A stretch of DNA of 64,000 nucleotides from Microscilla marina ATCC 23134 (GCF_000169175.1 NZ_AAWS01000006.1:135192-199191), one strand, 5' to 3'. Numbered from the stretch's first letter, positions 11,556-21,962 are shown. A program made the numbers and translations. The notes: generated by a model from the letters alone, not told the origin.

Positions 11556-12194
11556 TTACTTCATTTTAGGACGTACCGTTTTTTTCTTGGCAGCCTTTTC
11601 TTCTTCACTCAAAGGCGACTCTTCTTTTTTAATTCTTTTGTAAACAAATAATTGCCACTTTTCCTCTTCCACCATGTTTTTATCCATTTCGGCGCGAGCC
11701 AATGTAAAAAACAGGTCAGATAAACGATTGATATAAGCAGGAATGGCTTCGTGTACTTCATCTTCTTTCATAAGGCTTACTAGGTGTCGCTCACCACGAC
11801 GCATCTGCGTGCGTACCACATGGCACAAAGCAGACACTTCATTGCCTCCTGGCAACAAAAAATAATCAGAGGCAGTCCTTAAATTATTTTCTAACTGATC
11901 AATCCATTGCTCACAAAAATCTGCCCCATCGGTAGGCATGGGGTTTGTATTTACTTTTTTAACATCAGAGGGACGCGCCAAATGCGACATCATATCCATC
12001 ATATCTTTCTGAATTTTTCGCAAGTTGGTTTGCCACTCATGGCTAATATCTAATTTAGCCCTTAACAAACCAATGGTAGAGTTTACTTCATCAAGTGTAC
12101 CATAACATTCTACTCGAATATCATCTTTGAATACTCGCTTGCCACCGTATAAACCCGTTTTTCCGGCATCTCCTTTCTTAGTATATATTTTCAT
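11556..12194 (-). CDS. PduO-type ATP:cob(I)alamin adenosyltransferase
   Basis: MKIYTKKGDAGKTGLYGGKRV...ECYGTLDEVNSTIG: characteristic PduO-type N-terminus. Fits a B12-dependent IcmF elsewhere in the window. Confidence 0.85.
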   Translation of the reverse strand: MKIYTKKGDAGKTGLYGGKRVFKDDIRVECYGTLDEVNSTIGLLRAKLDISHEWQTNLRKIQKDMMDMMSHLARPSDVKKVNTNPMPTDGADFCEQWIDQLENNLRTASDYFLLPGGNEVSALCHVVRTQMRRGERHLVSLMKEDEVHEAIPAYINRLSDLFFTLARAEMDKNMVEEEKWQLFVYKRIKKEESPLSEEEKAAKKKTVRPKMK

Positions 12195-12796
12195 TGTTTT
12201 TTGTTTGAGGGCGGATAAGAGCTAAGCCTAAAGCAACCAGCACAATACAACATCTAGTAAGTGTTTGGGTCTCCTTTTGAATGGAGCGTACTATTCAGAT
12301 GATGGACTTGTAGAATTGACCTGTTAGTCTTGATCCAGCCCTGGTTCGCGAAAGCTTTATCAAATTGACAAATAAAGTAAAGTATCCTGGCTTGTGGAGT
12401 TTTTCCAGTTACAGTTGCGCGTCAGCTCATGATTTTCACACGATTCCTTATTACTTTATTTGCATAGCGTAAGAGTTTGGTTTTAAACCAAGCCCCCATC
12501 TTGACTTTTAATAATAGATGATAAACACCTTGCTTCCTGCAGAATAGCCTGAGAACTCATCTTTACTTTTAATAATGAAATGTAAACCATTCAAAAAATC
12601 AGGGTGAGTTCTAGCAAAAAGCAAGGTTATTATTTTCGTTTGTATCAAAAACCAAAATGAGTTTACACTCTAAACTATGGCAATAAAGATAACGCAAGAA
12701 GGGATGTTTTCAAAGCAAATATTTACAATGAGGCATAGCTTAGTAAACTACCCAAATAATCTCCTTCATAAAAAAACACCTCTCTTTTAAAAAACG

Positions 12797-14668
12797 CTAC
12801 AAACTTTCCAGTTCTTGCTGGAAACCACCAGATAAAATAGGAAAGCGAAACCAACTACGAGGGTCTATGCTGTAATCGTCTAAGTGAAAAGAAGGAGCAA
12901 ACCGTTCTCGTTTCCATTGGTTACGACTCCATAAGCGAAAAAACTTACGAATATGTTCTTTCAAGAGTTCTATATCTGCTACTTCTGATTGCAGTTGTTC
13001 AAATATTTGCTTGGGTGAAAGGCGCTCATATAATGTAAGGCGCTCTATAGCCTGCAATACTTCGTAAGGCATCAGGTCTTTCTCATCAGTTTGTTGTTGA
13101 GTACTGTCATCGTCTTTGGGGCGAAGCTCAGCAGTAGGCTGCAAAGCATTGACATGCCTTAGTTCTTTTTGTCCCAGTGAGGTTTCTGCCCATTTGAGCC
13201 ATTCACGGATAAAGTGTTTATCTACTCCTGCAATAGGTGATATACCGCCCGATGTATCGCCATCCATAGTAGTGTAGCCTACACTGCCCTCGCTACGATT
13301 AGAAGTAGCAATCAACAAAGCTCCTTTGATGTTAGCAAGCATCCAAATAATAGGAGAACGAGCTCTTGCCTGAATATTTTGTAAAGCAATATCGTGTTTA
13401 TGCCAGCTCAGCGATTGGTTAATAATATATTCTATTTTTTTAGAGTAACTGGTCACATCCTCTTTGATGCTCCAGTGATGAAAGGTAGCACCCAAATCTT
13501 GAGCAAGCAATTTGGCAGAGTTGAGGGTTTGATAGCTCGAATTGTCAGAAGATTGATATACACATGTAAGCAAGTGTTTGACGATGTGCCTAAGAGGTGG
13601 GTCTTCTTCACGCAAAGCATCTTTCATTTGTTCTTCGTCAAAGGCAACTCCTGATTTTTCAAGAAATGCCTCCCAGCCCAATTCTGCTACTCCTCGCTTT
13701 ACCATTTCGGCAACCATTACAGCGCAAGTAGATGAATCGGCTCCACCTGATAATGAGAGAATATAACCTTTGCTGCGGCTTTTGCGCATATAGTCAAACA
13801 AAGCAAGTGAAAGTACCTGTACAAACTCCTGATTTTTGTTAAACTGAGCAGCTTCCAGGGTAGCATCAGAGTTCTCAGGGTTTTTAAAATCTACCTGGGT
13901 GGTTAATAGGTCAACGTTTTTAAAAGAAAACAACTGATTACGCCCAATTACCTGATTGCCCTGAGTAACAAATACTTGCCCATCGTAGATCATCTTACCA
14001 GCTTCATTACCTAACAAGTTGCAATACAAATACGCAGGAGCATTGGCTTCCAACATCAGCTTTTCACGATTTTTGGCTTTGGCAAAAGCAAAATGACTGG
14101 CACTGGGGTTGAGTATCAGATTTACTTTACGTTTATTGAGTTGGTGCGCTGGACGCTTTTGGCCGCTCCAGGCATCTTCACATATTTCAAGACCAATTTT
14201 AATATTTTTGGCAATGTAAATAATATCTCCAAAAGGGTACTTTTTCGTTCCTACCTTTAGCATCTCCAGCCTGCCTGCTTTCCAGGCTTTAAACCAGCGT
14301 GGTTCATAATGTACCCCATCATTGGCAAGGTTTTGCTTGGCTGAGAAACCCAGAATTTCTTGGTTATGCATTAGACATACACAGTCGTACAAGTCATTAT
14401 CAAACTTTACTGGCAAGCCTACTGCTACTACAATATTGGTGCACCACTGGGCGATTTCATTCAGTTGCCCAAGTGCCTTGTCTGCCACCCAATCGCTCAA
14501 AAACATATCTTCACATCCATACCCTGTAATGCACAGTTCAGGCAAACACAATACATCTACTGATGCATCCTTAGCCTGTTCTATAGCATTTTGTATATTT
14601 TTTAGGTTGTTTTCCCAATCCAACGGAGTTTGATTGAGTGCTGCACCGCCAATTTTAAGCCTTGTCAT
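12797..14668 (-). CDS. nadE: Glutamine-dependent NAD+ synthetase (N-terminal CN-hydrolase/nitrilase domain + NAD synthetase domain)
   Basis: N-terminal carbon-nitrogen hydrolase (LCLPELCITGYGCED, catalytic E/K/C contexts), then PP-loop SLSGGADSS. 623 aa. Confidence 0.9.
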   Translation of the reverse strand: MTRLKIGGAALNQTPLDWENNLKNIQNAIEQAKDASVDVLCLPELCITGYGCEDMFLSDWVADKALGQLNEIAQWCTNIVVAVGLPVKFDNDLYDCVCLMHNQEILGFSAKQNLANDGVHYEPRWFKAWKAGRLEMLKVGTKKYPFGDIIYIAKNIKIGLEICEDAWSGQKRPAHQLNKRKVNLILNPSASHFAFAKAKNREKLMLEANAPAYLYCNLLGNEAGKMIYDGQVFVTQGNQVIGRNQLFSFKNVDLLTTQVDFKNPENSDATLEAAQFNKNQEFVQVLSLALFDYMRKSRSKGYILSLSGGADSSTCAVMVAEMVKRGVAELGWEAFLEKSGVAFDEEQMKDALREEDPPLRHIVKHLLTCVYQSSDNSSYQTLNSAKLLAQDLGATFHHWSIKEDVTSYSKKIEYIINQSLSWHKHDIALQNIQARARSPIIWMLANIKGALLIATSNRSEGSVGYTTMDGDTSGGISPIAGVDKHFIREWLKWAETSLGQKELRHVNALQPTAELRPKDDDSTQQQTDEKDLMPYEVLQAIERLTLYERLSPKQIFEQLQSEVADIELLKEHIRKFFRLWSRNQWKRERFAPSFHLDDYSIDPRSWFRFPILSGGFQQELESL

Positions 14669-14807
14669 AATTGTTGTTTGTTTGAATACCTAAATTAGAA
14701 GGTTTCAAAAAACTTTCCAATTTTTGATTGCTTGGTTCTATAGATAAAAAACCGTTCGGAAAATCAACTTCCAAACGGTTATATTTTGCTTCAAAAGTAC
14801 CTGCTCA

Positions 14808-15458
14808 CTAATTGGCCGTAGTACCTGTAGAAGGTGTTGTGGTATCTTTATTGGTTTCGTTGTCTTGCTTTTTATCTTCAGCATCTTTAAAAAACCTACG
14901 CTGCATGACCAAAATAACTGCTACCCCCAGAAAGATAGCTGAATCGGCAATGTTGAAAATAGGCCAAAGCGCATAATATTGTCCTCCCAACCATTGAGGC
15001 AAATGCCCTTCCCAAATGTCAAGGTAGATCATGTCTATCACTTGCCCATGAAACCAAGGAGTAGGAGAACCGGCAGGAGCATTATTTAAAAACACTCCAT
15101 AAAAAGTACTATCTACCACATTGCCCACCGCTCCGGCAAGTATAAGTGCTACACACCATACAAGCCCAGTATGCGCTTTGCGTTTGACAAGCAACGACAT
15201 GTAGTAAGCAATGCCTACTGTAGCAAGCAAGCGAAACAGGGTAAGGATGAGCTTGCCATATACAGAACCTAGTTTAAGGCCAAACGCCATTCCAGGGTTG
15301 AGTACATAGTGAATTTTGAGCCAGCTTCCCAATACCTTAATTTCCCCAGCCAATCCTGGATCCATATTATAATGTACCAACAATTTTACTGCTTGATCGA
15401 GCAAGATTACGACAAAACTTAATAGAAAGTATTTATATAATTTATGTGTCTTTTTCAT
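14808..15458 (-). CDS. lspA: Lipoprotein signal peptidase (signal peptidase II)
   Basis: Four TM segments, NPGMAFG and FNIADSAIF motifs typical of LspA. Confidence 0.85.
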   Translation of the reverse strand: MKKTHKLYKYFLLSFVVILLDQAVKLLVHYNMDPGLAGEIKVLGSWLKIHYVLNPGMAFGLKLGSVYGKLILTLFRLLATVGIAYYMSLLVKRKAHTGLVWCVALILAGAVGNVVDSTFYGVFLNNAPAGSPTPWFHGQVIDMIYLDIWEGHLPQWLGGQYYALWPIFNIADSAIFLGVAVILVMQRRFFKDAEDKKQDNETNKDTTTPSTGTTAN

Positions 15459-15495
15459 TCGCTTCAGAGATTCTTAAATGACATGGTAGTTGCCT

Positions 15496-16098
15496 TTACG
15501 CAATTGTCTTATATTTTTTTCGGCGTTTTTTGGCAAAAAATTGTTTTTGGCGCACAATAATAACAATAACTCCGATAAAAATTGCGGCATCAGCTATATT
15601 AAAAACTGTAGCAGGGACATATTTTCCACCAACAAAAGGAATCCAATGGGGTAAATACCCACCAAGCAAATCGATGTAAATCATATCTATTACCTGTCCA
15701 TGAAACCAAGCAAAAGGGACATCAGCAGGGGCGTTGTTCAACAAAACCCCATAAAAAACACTGTCGATAAGGTTGCCTATAGCTCCGCCCAAAATGAGCG
15801 CAATGCAATAGATCAAACCTGAATGCGCATGACGATGGAGTAGCCTTCTAAGGTAAAACAAGATGCCAATGGTAGCCAATAACCTAAAAATAGTGAGTGC
15901 CAATTTGCCATAAGTACGCCCCCATTCTACTCCAAATGCCATTCCTGAGTTGAGCTCATACTGCACCTTAAGCCAGTTGCCCAGCAGATTAATTTGTCCC
16001 AAAAAACCTTGACCCATATTAAAGTGTATCCATAGTTTTACTGTATGATCAAGCAAAATCACCCCTAATACAAATACATACACTTTGTAATATTTCAT
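15496..16098 (-). CDS. lspA: Lipoprotein signal peptidase paralog
   Basis: NSGMAFG, FNIADAAIF. About 55% identical to the adjacent lspA. Confidence 0.85.
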   Translation of the reverse strand: MKYYKVYVFVLGVILLDHTVKLWIHFNMGQGFLGQINLLGNWLKVQYELNSGMAFGVEWGRTYGKLALTIFRLLATIGILFYLRRLLHRHAHSGLIYCIALILGGAIGNLIDSVFYGVLLNNAPADVPFAWFHGQVIDMIYIDLLGGYLPHWIPFVGGKYVPATVFNIADAAIFIGVIVIIVRQKQFFAKKRRKKYKTIA

Positions 16099-16353
16099 AA
16101 CTATCAGACTAAACTATTCTACCACCAGTGTGGTTAGCGTTAAAAAATGTAGTAATAGCAAAAATACAAAATGTTTGATAAAGAACCTTAAGGGTTTACA
16201 GCCTCTACCTACTTTATCTTTATAAACTTGCCCTTGTTTTATTAAAAGTTTTCCCTGCAAAAACACCAATCCTGAAAAAATGTAGTATCTTTGCGCACCA
16301 AAACCAATAGACAGACGGGTTCTGTCATTTATGGTCATTTACTTTAAGATAAT

Positions 16354-16908
16354 ATGGTAAGAATTAGATTAGCAAGAAGAGGGCGCAAAAAAAAGCCCTT
16401 GTACGATGTTGTCATAGCTGACAGAAAAGCACCACGTGATGGTCGATTCATCGAAAAAATTGGAACGTATAACCCACATACAGTTCCGGCTACTATTGTT
16501 TTAGACGATGAGCGCGCTTTGAAATGGGTATTGGATGGTGCACAACCAACAGATACCGTAAAAGCAATGCTTTCTTACAGAGGCGTATTGATTCGTAAAC
16601 ACCTAGAAATAGGGGTACGAAAAGGTGCGATCACTGAAGAGCAAGCAGCTCAAAAGTTTGAAGAATGGAAAGCTAAGAAAGATGCTAAGATTACTGCACG
16701 TATTGAAAAACTTTCTACCGAAGGCGAAGCAGCTAAAAAGGCTCGTTTGGCAGCAGAGGCAGAAGTAAGCGCAAAACGTGCTGAAGCTCTTAAGAAAAAA
16801 CAAGAAGAAGCTGCGAAAGCTGCTGAAAGCGAAAATGCTGAAGGTGGTGAAGCTGGCGATGCAGAAGCTACTGCTGAAACCAACGAGGCAGAAAACACTG
16901 AATCATAA
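16354..16908 (+). CDS. rpsP: 30S ribosomal protein S16 with long Ala/Glu/Lys-rich C-terminal extension
   Basis: MVRIRLARRGRKKKPLYDVVIADRKAPRDGRFIEKIGTYNP. The 100-aa low-complexity AEK tail is common in Bacteroidota S16. Confidence 0.9.
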   Translation: MVRIRLARRGRKKKPLYDVVIADRKAPRDGRFIEKIGTYNPHTVPATIVLDDERALKWVLDGAQPTDTVKAMLSYRGVLIRKHLEIGVRKGAITEEQAAQKFEEWKAKKDAKITARIEKLSTEGEAAKKARLAAEAEVSAKRAEALKKKQEEAAKAAESENAEGGEAGDAEATAETNEAENTES

Positions 16909-16954
16909 ACAAGAGATTCCGAATATTCAGAAAAATCACTTGTTCATTCTTGAC

Positions 16955-16990
16955 AAACCTTTGCTTTTCTTGAGAAGCAAAGGTTTTTTT
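16955..16990 (+). terminator. Hairpin plus T-run between rpsP and rimM (terminator or attenuator)
   Basis: aaacctttgcttttcttgagaagcaaaggttttttt (11-bp stem). Confidence 0.45.
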
Positions 16991-17043
16991 ATGCTTTCTA
17001 TCGGGCAACACGTTGCTCAGAGCTAGTCACTAAATATATAACA

Positions 17044-17577
17044 ATGAATTTTGAAGATTGCTACGAAGTAGGCTACATAGCCAAAACGTATGGAGTAAAA
17101 GGTGAAATCCATGCAGTGTTTGATGTGGATAACTCGGAAGAGTATCGTGAAATAGAATCAATTTTTGTGGTAAAAGATCGTCACATGGTCCCCTACTTTA
17201 TCGAGCAGGTAAGGTTTGTACAAGGCTATGTACGTCTTAAGTTTGAAGAAATAGACGATGTAGACCAAGCAAAAATGCTGGTGGGGAGCAAGTTGATGTT
17301 ACCTATTGATGTACTCCCCGAAACTGAAGAGGAAGAGTACTACTTCCACGATATTTTGGGGTATATGGTAGTAGATGCCGACAAGGGTGAAATAGGTAAA
17401 GTAACCCAACTCTATGATTCTACCAACCAAGATTTGATTGGGGTAACTCACCAAGGTAAAGAAGTATTAATACCTTATATCAAAGACCAGATCATTCAAA
17501 AGCTTGACCATGAACAAAAAGTTATTGTGGTAACTTTGCCAGGAGGTTTGCTGGATGTGTACTTGGAGGATGAATAA
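17044..17577 (+). CDS. rimM: 16S rRNA processing protein RimM
   Basis: MNFEDCYEVGYIAKTYGVKGEIHAVF... RimM N-terminal barrel plus PRC barrel. Conserved position after rpsP. Confidence 0.85.
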   Translation: MNFEDCYEVGYIAKTYGVKGEIHAVFDVDNSEEYREIESIFVVKDRHMVPYFIEQVRFVQGYVRLKFEEIDDVDQAKMLVGSKLMLPIDVLPETEEEEYYFHDILGYMVVDADKGEIGKVTQLYDSTNQDLIGVTHQGKEVLIPYIKDQIIQKLDHEQKVIVVTLPGGLLDVYLEDE

Positions 17578-17595
17578 AATAATCAGTTAAAGATA

Positions 17596-17634
17596 AAGCC
17601 CCATTATTGGTCATATAATGGGGCTTATTTTTTA
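17596..17634 (+). terminator. Rho-independent terminator after rimM
   Basis: aagccccattattggtcatataatggggcttatttttt (perfect 12-bp stem plus T-run). Confidence 0.55.
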
Positions 17635-17901
17635 TGAATGAACAATCACTATGACCAAGTATTTGATGCCTTATATCCCACTTGTTTCAAGTTTTGAGTG
17701 TAACTATTGCCTGAAAATCCCTCTTACCTGACGCTATGCTTTAGTGTACTGCTTCCTTTACTATTCCAATAAATCTTATCCCCAATTCAATATTTGACTA
17801 AACACCAGGTTAGTTTTTTTACAAAAGTCTCTCCACTGACTTTACCACCTAAAGTATTAAAAGTCAATTCAAATATTAATAGTCACAAAACCAATAAAAC
17901 C

Positions 17902-18288
17902 ATGTTAAAAAAACTTTTATGCTTGCTAACACTTATGATGGTTATGATTCCACTAGTTCAGGCACAAACCAACGTCCATTGGAAACTTACCAACGCTCAA
18001 GGTAAAGCTTTGTCTATCAACAAGCCATTGTCTATCAAAGCTACCCCTGACATAGTAGTAGTAGCCAATAACCAACAGGCTAAAATAAAACTTATGGAAA
18101 TAACTGTTTTCAGAGGCGGAGGGTCAATTGCTACCAAGTTGTACAATTCGAACACTTTTTCGTTGGAAAAAGATTTCCAGCTTGAAAAGGGAGATGGCGT
18201 ATTGATAAAAGTCAAAAAAGCCATAGATAGCAAGACCCAAAAAGTCAAAGAAGTGGATGGACAGATAGCTTTTACAACAACCAAGTAA
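17902..18288 (+). CDS. Small secreted hypothetical protein (signal peptide)
   Basis: MLKKLLCLLTLMMVMIPLVQAQ signal peptide. Start moved to the internal ATG at 17902. Confidence 0.5.
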   Translation: MLKKLLCLLTLMMVMIPLVQAQTNVHWKLTNAQGKALSINKPLSIKATPDIVVVANNQQAKIKLMEITVFRGGGSIATKLYNSNTFSLEKDFQLEKGDGVLIKVKKAIDSKTQKVKEVDGQIAFTTTK

Positions 18289-18381
18289 GTAAGCCTTTCA
18301 CTTTTTCCTTTACTAAAAAAGAGCATTGATACTAGTCATAGCTCTTTTTTAGTTTTGTGTTTTATCAATATCTATTGATGA

Positions 18382-18933
18382 TTATTTTCGACAAATATAA
18401 ACAAATGCAGGGGGGATATTTAAAGGGGTAAAATCACGAGTCACTGAGGGAAACTGTTTTTTGAGCATACCAAAACTTGCCAATGAATATTGAAACTGGG
18501 TATAAACTCCTTCGTCACTCAAAGTGTTTTTGATGGCTTCCATTATATTGGTGTTCAAATCTTTAGGAAAAATAGCCAAGGGCAATCCAGATACAACTGC
18601 ATTGGTATGTATTAGGTTATGTTGCGCCAAATATTCAGGAATTTTCTCAGCAGAATCGGCAATTACGTGTAAACGCTTATCATTAATTCCTTCAAGCAAA
18701 TCTATAAACTTTGGGTTTACCTCAAAACTCAGCAATTGAGCATCAGGTAGCATTTTATCAAGAATAGCTTTTGTAATGCACCCATTACCTGCACCCAGTT
18801 CTACAATAACTTTAGCCTTTGAAAAATCAATAGGCAATAGCATTTTACGAATCAAAAAACGAGAGCTTTGAGCAATGGTACCCGCTTGCCTGATATTTTT
18901 AGTAGCTTCAAAAAAAAATTGTAGACGGTTCAA
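18382..18933 (-). CDS. Class I SAM-dependent methyltransferase (small, RrnaAD/PEMT-like)
   Basis: VIVELGAGNGCITKAIL (motif I GxGxG), followed by LSFEVN (motif II-like). Confidence 0.7.
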   Translation of the reverse strand: MNRLQFFFEATKNIRQAGTIAQSSRFLIRKMLLPIDFSKAKVIVELGAGNGCITKAILDKMLPDAQLLSFEVNPKFIDLLEGINDKRLHVIADSAEKIPEYLAQHNLIHTNAVVSGLPLAIFPKDLNTNIMEAIKNTLSDEGVYTQFQYSLASFGMLKKQFPSVTRDFTPLNIPPAFVYICRK

Positions 18934-19278
18934 ATCTGAGAGAGTTTAAATGTAATTGCTGATAATAAAGCTTTGCAAAGCTACAAGGCTGGGGGCACAA
19001 ATCAAAAGATACACCCACTAGTCCGCCATAAAATACACTCTGTAGCTCCCCAAAACATTTATCCAAGCCCAGGAAAACGCATACAAAAAAAACAGAAAAT
19101 ACACTCTTGTTATCCTACAAGAATATATTTTCTATGTTGAAACTTGCCTGTATAATGCGCTTATGCTCTCTATGCAGTGATGCTTTTCATTGATTTTAGG
19201 GATATTTTCCAGTTCATAATCCTTTCATTCTACTCACACAAACCACAGAGATAAGTTATTACAATGAAGGATACATTT

Positions 19279-19692
19279 TTAAGACTTACTCACTTTTGTT
19301 TCTTTACCAAGCAACCACTCCCTAGCTTCTGGCTCATTGTCAAAGTATTTCAATGCGGTCTCCATGTTTTGCACTGTCTGCTCAATACTCAGTTGTGATA
19401 TAAACTCTGCTGCTACTACCATTGCTGATTTAGGGGGCAGATAATCATTAAACTGTTGCGTTACCCAGTCTTGCAGCTCAGGATCAACTATAAAGTTAAA
19501 ATCTTGAGTCAACGACAAACTACCAACAAAAGGGTGATGATCACGAAAAACTTTCGCCAGTGCCAGTATTTCAGGTCTATATTGATCAACCGTAAGGTGC
19601 TGGGTACTGGAAGTCCACTTACTTATTATCCAAGAGTTTTCCGAATCATAAGAAACTTCCAGAAAGTCACTTTTATACTCTAATTCTACCAT
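19279..19692 (-). CDS. Paralog 1 of 9: small conserved protein, tentatively SpoIIAA-like/STAS-SEC14-like (PF11964-like) fold. Function unknown.
   Basis: MVELEYKSDFLEVSYDSENSWIISKWT...LSLTQDFNFIVDP...KSAMVVAAEFISQLSIEQTVQ...YFDNEPEAREWLLGK. Family consensus is shared across the nine copies. Confidence 0.8.
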   Translation of the reverse strand: MVELEYKSDFLEVSYDSENSWIISKWTSSTQHLTVDQYRPEILALAKVFRDHHPFVGSLSLTQDFNFIVDPELQDWVTQQFNDYLPPKSAMVVAAEFISQLSIEQTVQNMETALKYFDNEPEAREWLLGKETKVSKS

Positions 19693-20115
19693 TGCCTGAT
19701 AATTTATTGGTTTACTATATAAAAATAGAGAGTAAAATAAGGCATACTTTACCCTGCTATAAATTATTACTTATTAAATAATATGTTATAAATGCCTGTT
19801 AGCTTTCTTTCAACCTCGCTTTAAACATAGAACTCATCTCGTCTTTTAATAATGAGTTGCAAATCGTTCAAAAAAGTCAGACGAGCTCATATCCAATACT
19901 GCTATAAAAATCAATGATTTGTGTAGTTTTGGACTGTTACTTCATCAAATACAAGCACAAGGTGCTGGATTCTATTCAAGTAAAAAGTAACCAAAAATAA
20001 TTGTTGTGAAAGGTCAGTGAGCTTGTATATTAAAGCTACTGTATTTATTCTCTTTTCTGGTTCGTAATCCTTCCACACAAACCTCAAAAGCAAGCTACAG
20101 GTAACCGTACGGTTG

Positions 20116-20526
20116 TTAATTCTCACTCACTTTTGTTTGGTTCATGAGCCATTCTCTAGCTTCTTGCTCGTTTGAGAAATAATTAACTATTATATCCATG
20201 CTTTGCACTGTTTGCTCAATACTCAGTTGTGACACAAACTCTTGTGCTACTACCACTGCAGATTTAGAAGGCTGGTATCCTTCAAATTGCTGAGTTAACC
20301 ATTCCTGCGTTTCAGGATCAAGTATAAAGTAAAAATCTTGAGTCAATGCCAAACTACCAAAAACGGGCTTATGGTCAATAAAAGCCTGACATACCACCAA
20401 CACTTCCTGTTTGTATTGATCAATGGTAAGATAGCGGGTATTAGGTGTCCATTTACTTATCACCCAAGAATTTTCTGAATCATAAGAAACTTCGAGAAAT
20501 TCGCTTTTATACTCTAATTCTATCAT
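20116..20526 (-). CDS. Paralog 2 of 9 (same family)
   Basis: MIELEYKSEFLEVSYDSENSWVISKWTPNTRYLTIDQYKQE...YFSNEQEAREWLM. Confidence 0.8.
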   Translation of the reverse strand: MIELEYKSEFLEVSYDSENSWVISKWTPNTRYLTIDQYKQEVLVVCQAFIDHKPVFGSLALTQDFYFILDPETQEWLTQQFEGYQPSKSAVVVAQEFVSQLSIEQTVQSMDIIVNYFSNEQEAREWLMNQTKVSEN

Positions 20527-20768
20527 TGCCTGATAATTTATTGGTTTATTATATAAAAATAGAGAGCAAAATAAGACATACCCTACACTCTATAAGTTAT
20601 TATTTATCAAATAATACGTTATAAACACCTGTCAGTTTCCTTTGAATCTAAATTTCCAATGGCTTAAAACTCCCCTTCTGATGATATAGAAAGTGCTTAT
20701 AGGCTCCTGTTTTCCTTTTCCCCACAAAAACCACCAAGGTGAGTGCTACTACAGTTCAATCTTTGAGT

Positions 20769-21173
20769 TTAGCTCATTTTTGTTTTATCAAGCAACCATT
20801 CCTTAGCTTCTGACTCATTGTCAAAATAACGAACTATTACATCCAGATCTTGCACAGTTTGCTCAATGCTCAATTGTGATACAAACTCTGATCCTACTAC
20901 TATTGCTGATTTAGAGGGAAGGTACCCTTCAAAAATTTTTGTTATCCATTCCTGCATTTCAGGATCAACCACAAAATGAAAGTCTTGGGTTAATGACAAA
21001 ATGCCTGCAAGAGGTTGGTGATCCACAAAAACCTTAAGTAATGCCAATGTTTCCTGTTTGTATTGGTCAATAGTAAGGTAACGAGTGTTGTCTGTCCACT
21101 TGTTCACCACCCAAGAGTTTGCCGAATCATAAGAAACTTCTAGAAAATCACTTTTGTACTCTAATTCTATCAT
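20769..21173 (-). CDS. Paralog 3 of 9 (same family)
   Basis: MIELEYKSDFLEVSYDSANSWVVNKWTDNTRYLTIDQYKQE...YFDNESEAKEWLL. Confidence 0.8.
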   Translation of the reverse strand: MIELEYKSDFLEVSYDSANSWVVNKWTDNTRYLTIDQYKQETLALLKVFVDHQPLAGILSLTQDFHFVVDPEMQEWITKIFEGYLPSKSAIVVGSEFVSQLSIEQTVQDLDVIVRYFDNESEAKEWLLDKTKMS

Positions 21174-21317
21174 TGCCTGATAATTTATTTGTTTAATTAT
21201 ATAAAATAGAGAGCAAAATAAATCACACTTTACCCTCTACAAGTTATTACTTATCAAATAATACGTTATAAGCGTATGTAAGTGCCCTTTCAATCTAATT
21301 TTCCAATGACTTAAAGT

Positions 21318-21716
21318 TTATTTTACTTTACCAATCAACCAATCCCTGGCTTCTGGTTCATTGTCAAAGTAGCGAACCATCACATCCATATTTTGTAATG
21401 TTTGCTCAATACTCAGTTGTGATACAAACTCGGCTGCTACTACCATTGCAGATTTAGGGGGCAAATAATCATTAAACTGTTGTGCTGTCCATTCCTGCGT
21501 TGCAGGATCAATCACAAAGTGAAAATCTTGAGTCAGGGACAAATTACAAGCAAAAGGATAATGGTTCATAAAAACCTCACGTGCCGCCAATATTTCCTGT
21601 TTGTATTGGTCAATTGTAAGATGACGGGTATTGGGTGTCCACCTAGTTACCACCAAAGAGTTTTCCGAGTCATAAGAAATCTCAATAAATTCACTTTTGT
21701 ACTCTAATTCTATCAT
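21318..21716 (-). CDS. Paralog 4 of 9 (same family)
   Basis: MIELEYKSEFIEISYDSENSLVVTRWTPNTRHLTIDQYKQE...YFDNEPEARDWLIGK. Confidence 0.8.
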   Translation of the reverse strand: MIELEYKSEFIEISYDSENSLVVTRWTPNTRHLTIDQYKQEILAAREVFMNHYPFACNLSLTQDFHFVIDPATQEWTAQQFNDYLPPKSAMVVAAEFVSQLSIEQTLQNMDVMVRYFDNEPEARDWLIGKVK

Positions 21717-21962
21717 TGCCTGATGATTTATTGATTATATAAAAATAGAGCGTAAAACAAGTCACACTTTACCCTCTACAAGTTGTTAATTATCAAATAA
21801 TACGTTGTAAACGTATGGAAGTACCCTTTCAATCTAATTTTCTAATGACTTAAAATTCCCTTCTGATGACACGAAAAAGAGTACCAGTTCACTATCCTTT
21901 TACCCTACCCACAAAACCACTGGGGTAAGCAGTTACCACAATTTAATGTGCAGTCTTCAAGT

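Noticed and set aside
16114-16338. 74-aa minus-strand ORF between lspA and rpsP
   Set aside because: It occupies the divergent promoter region of rpsP and lspA. It is hydrophobic and low-complexity with no conservation signal, so it is probably non-coding.
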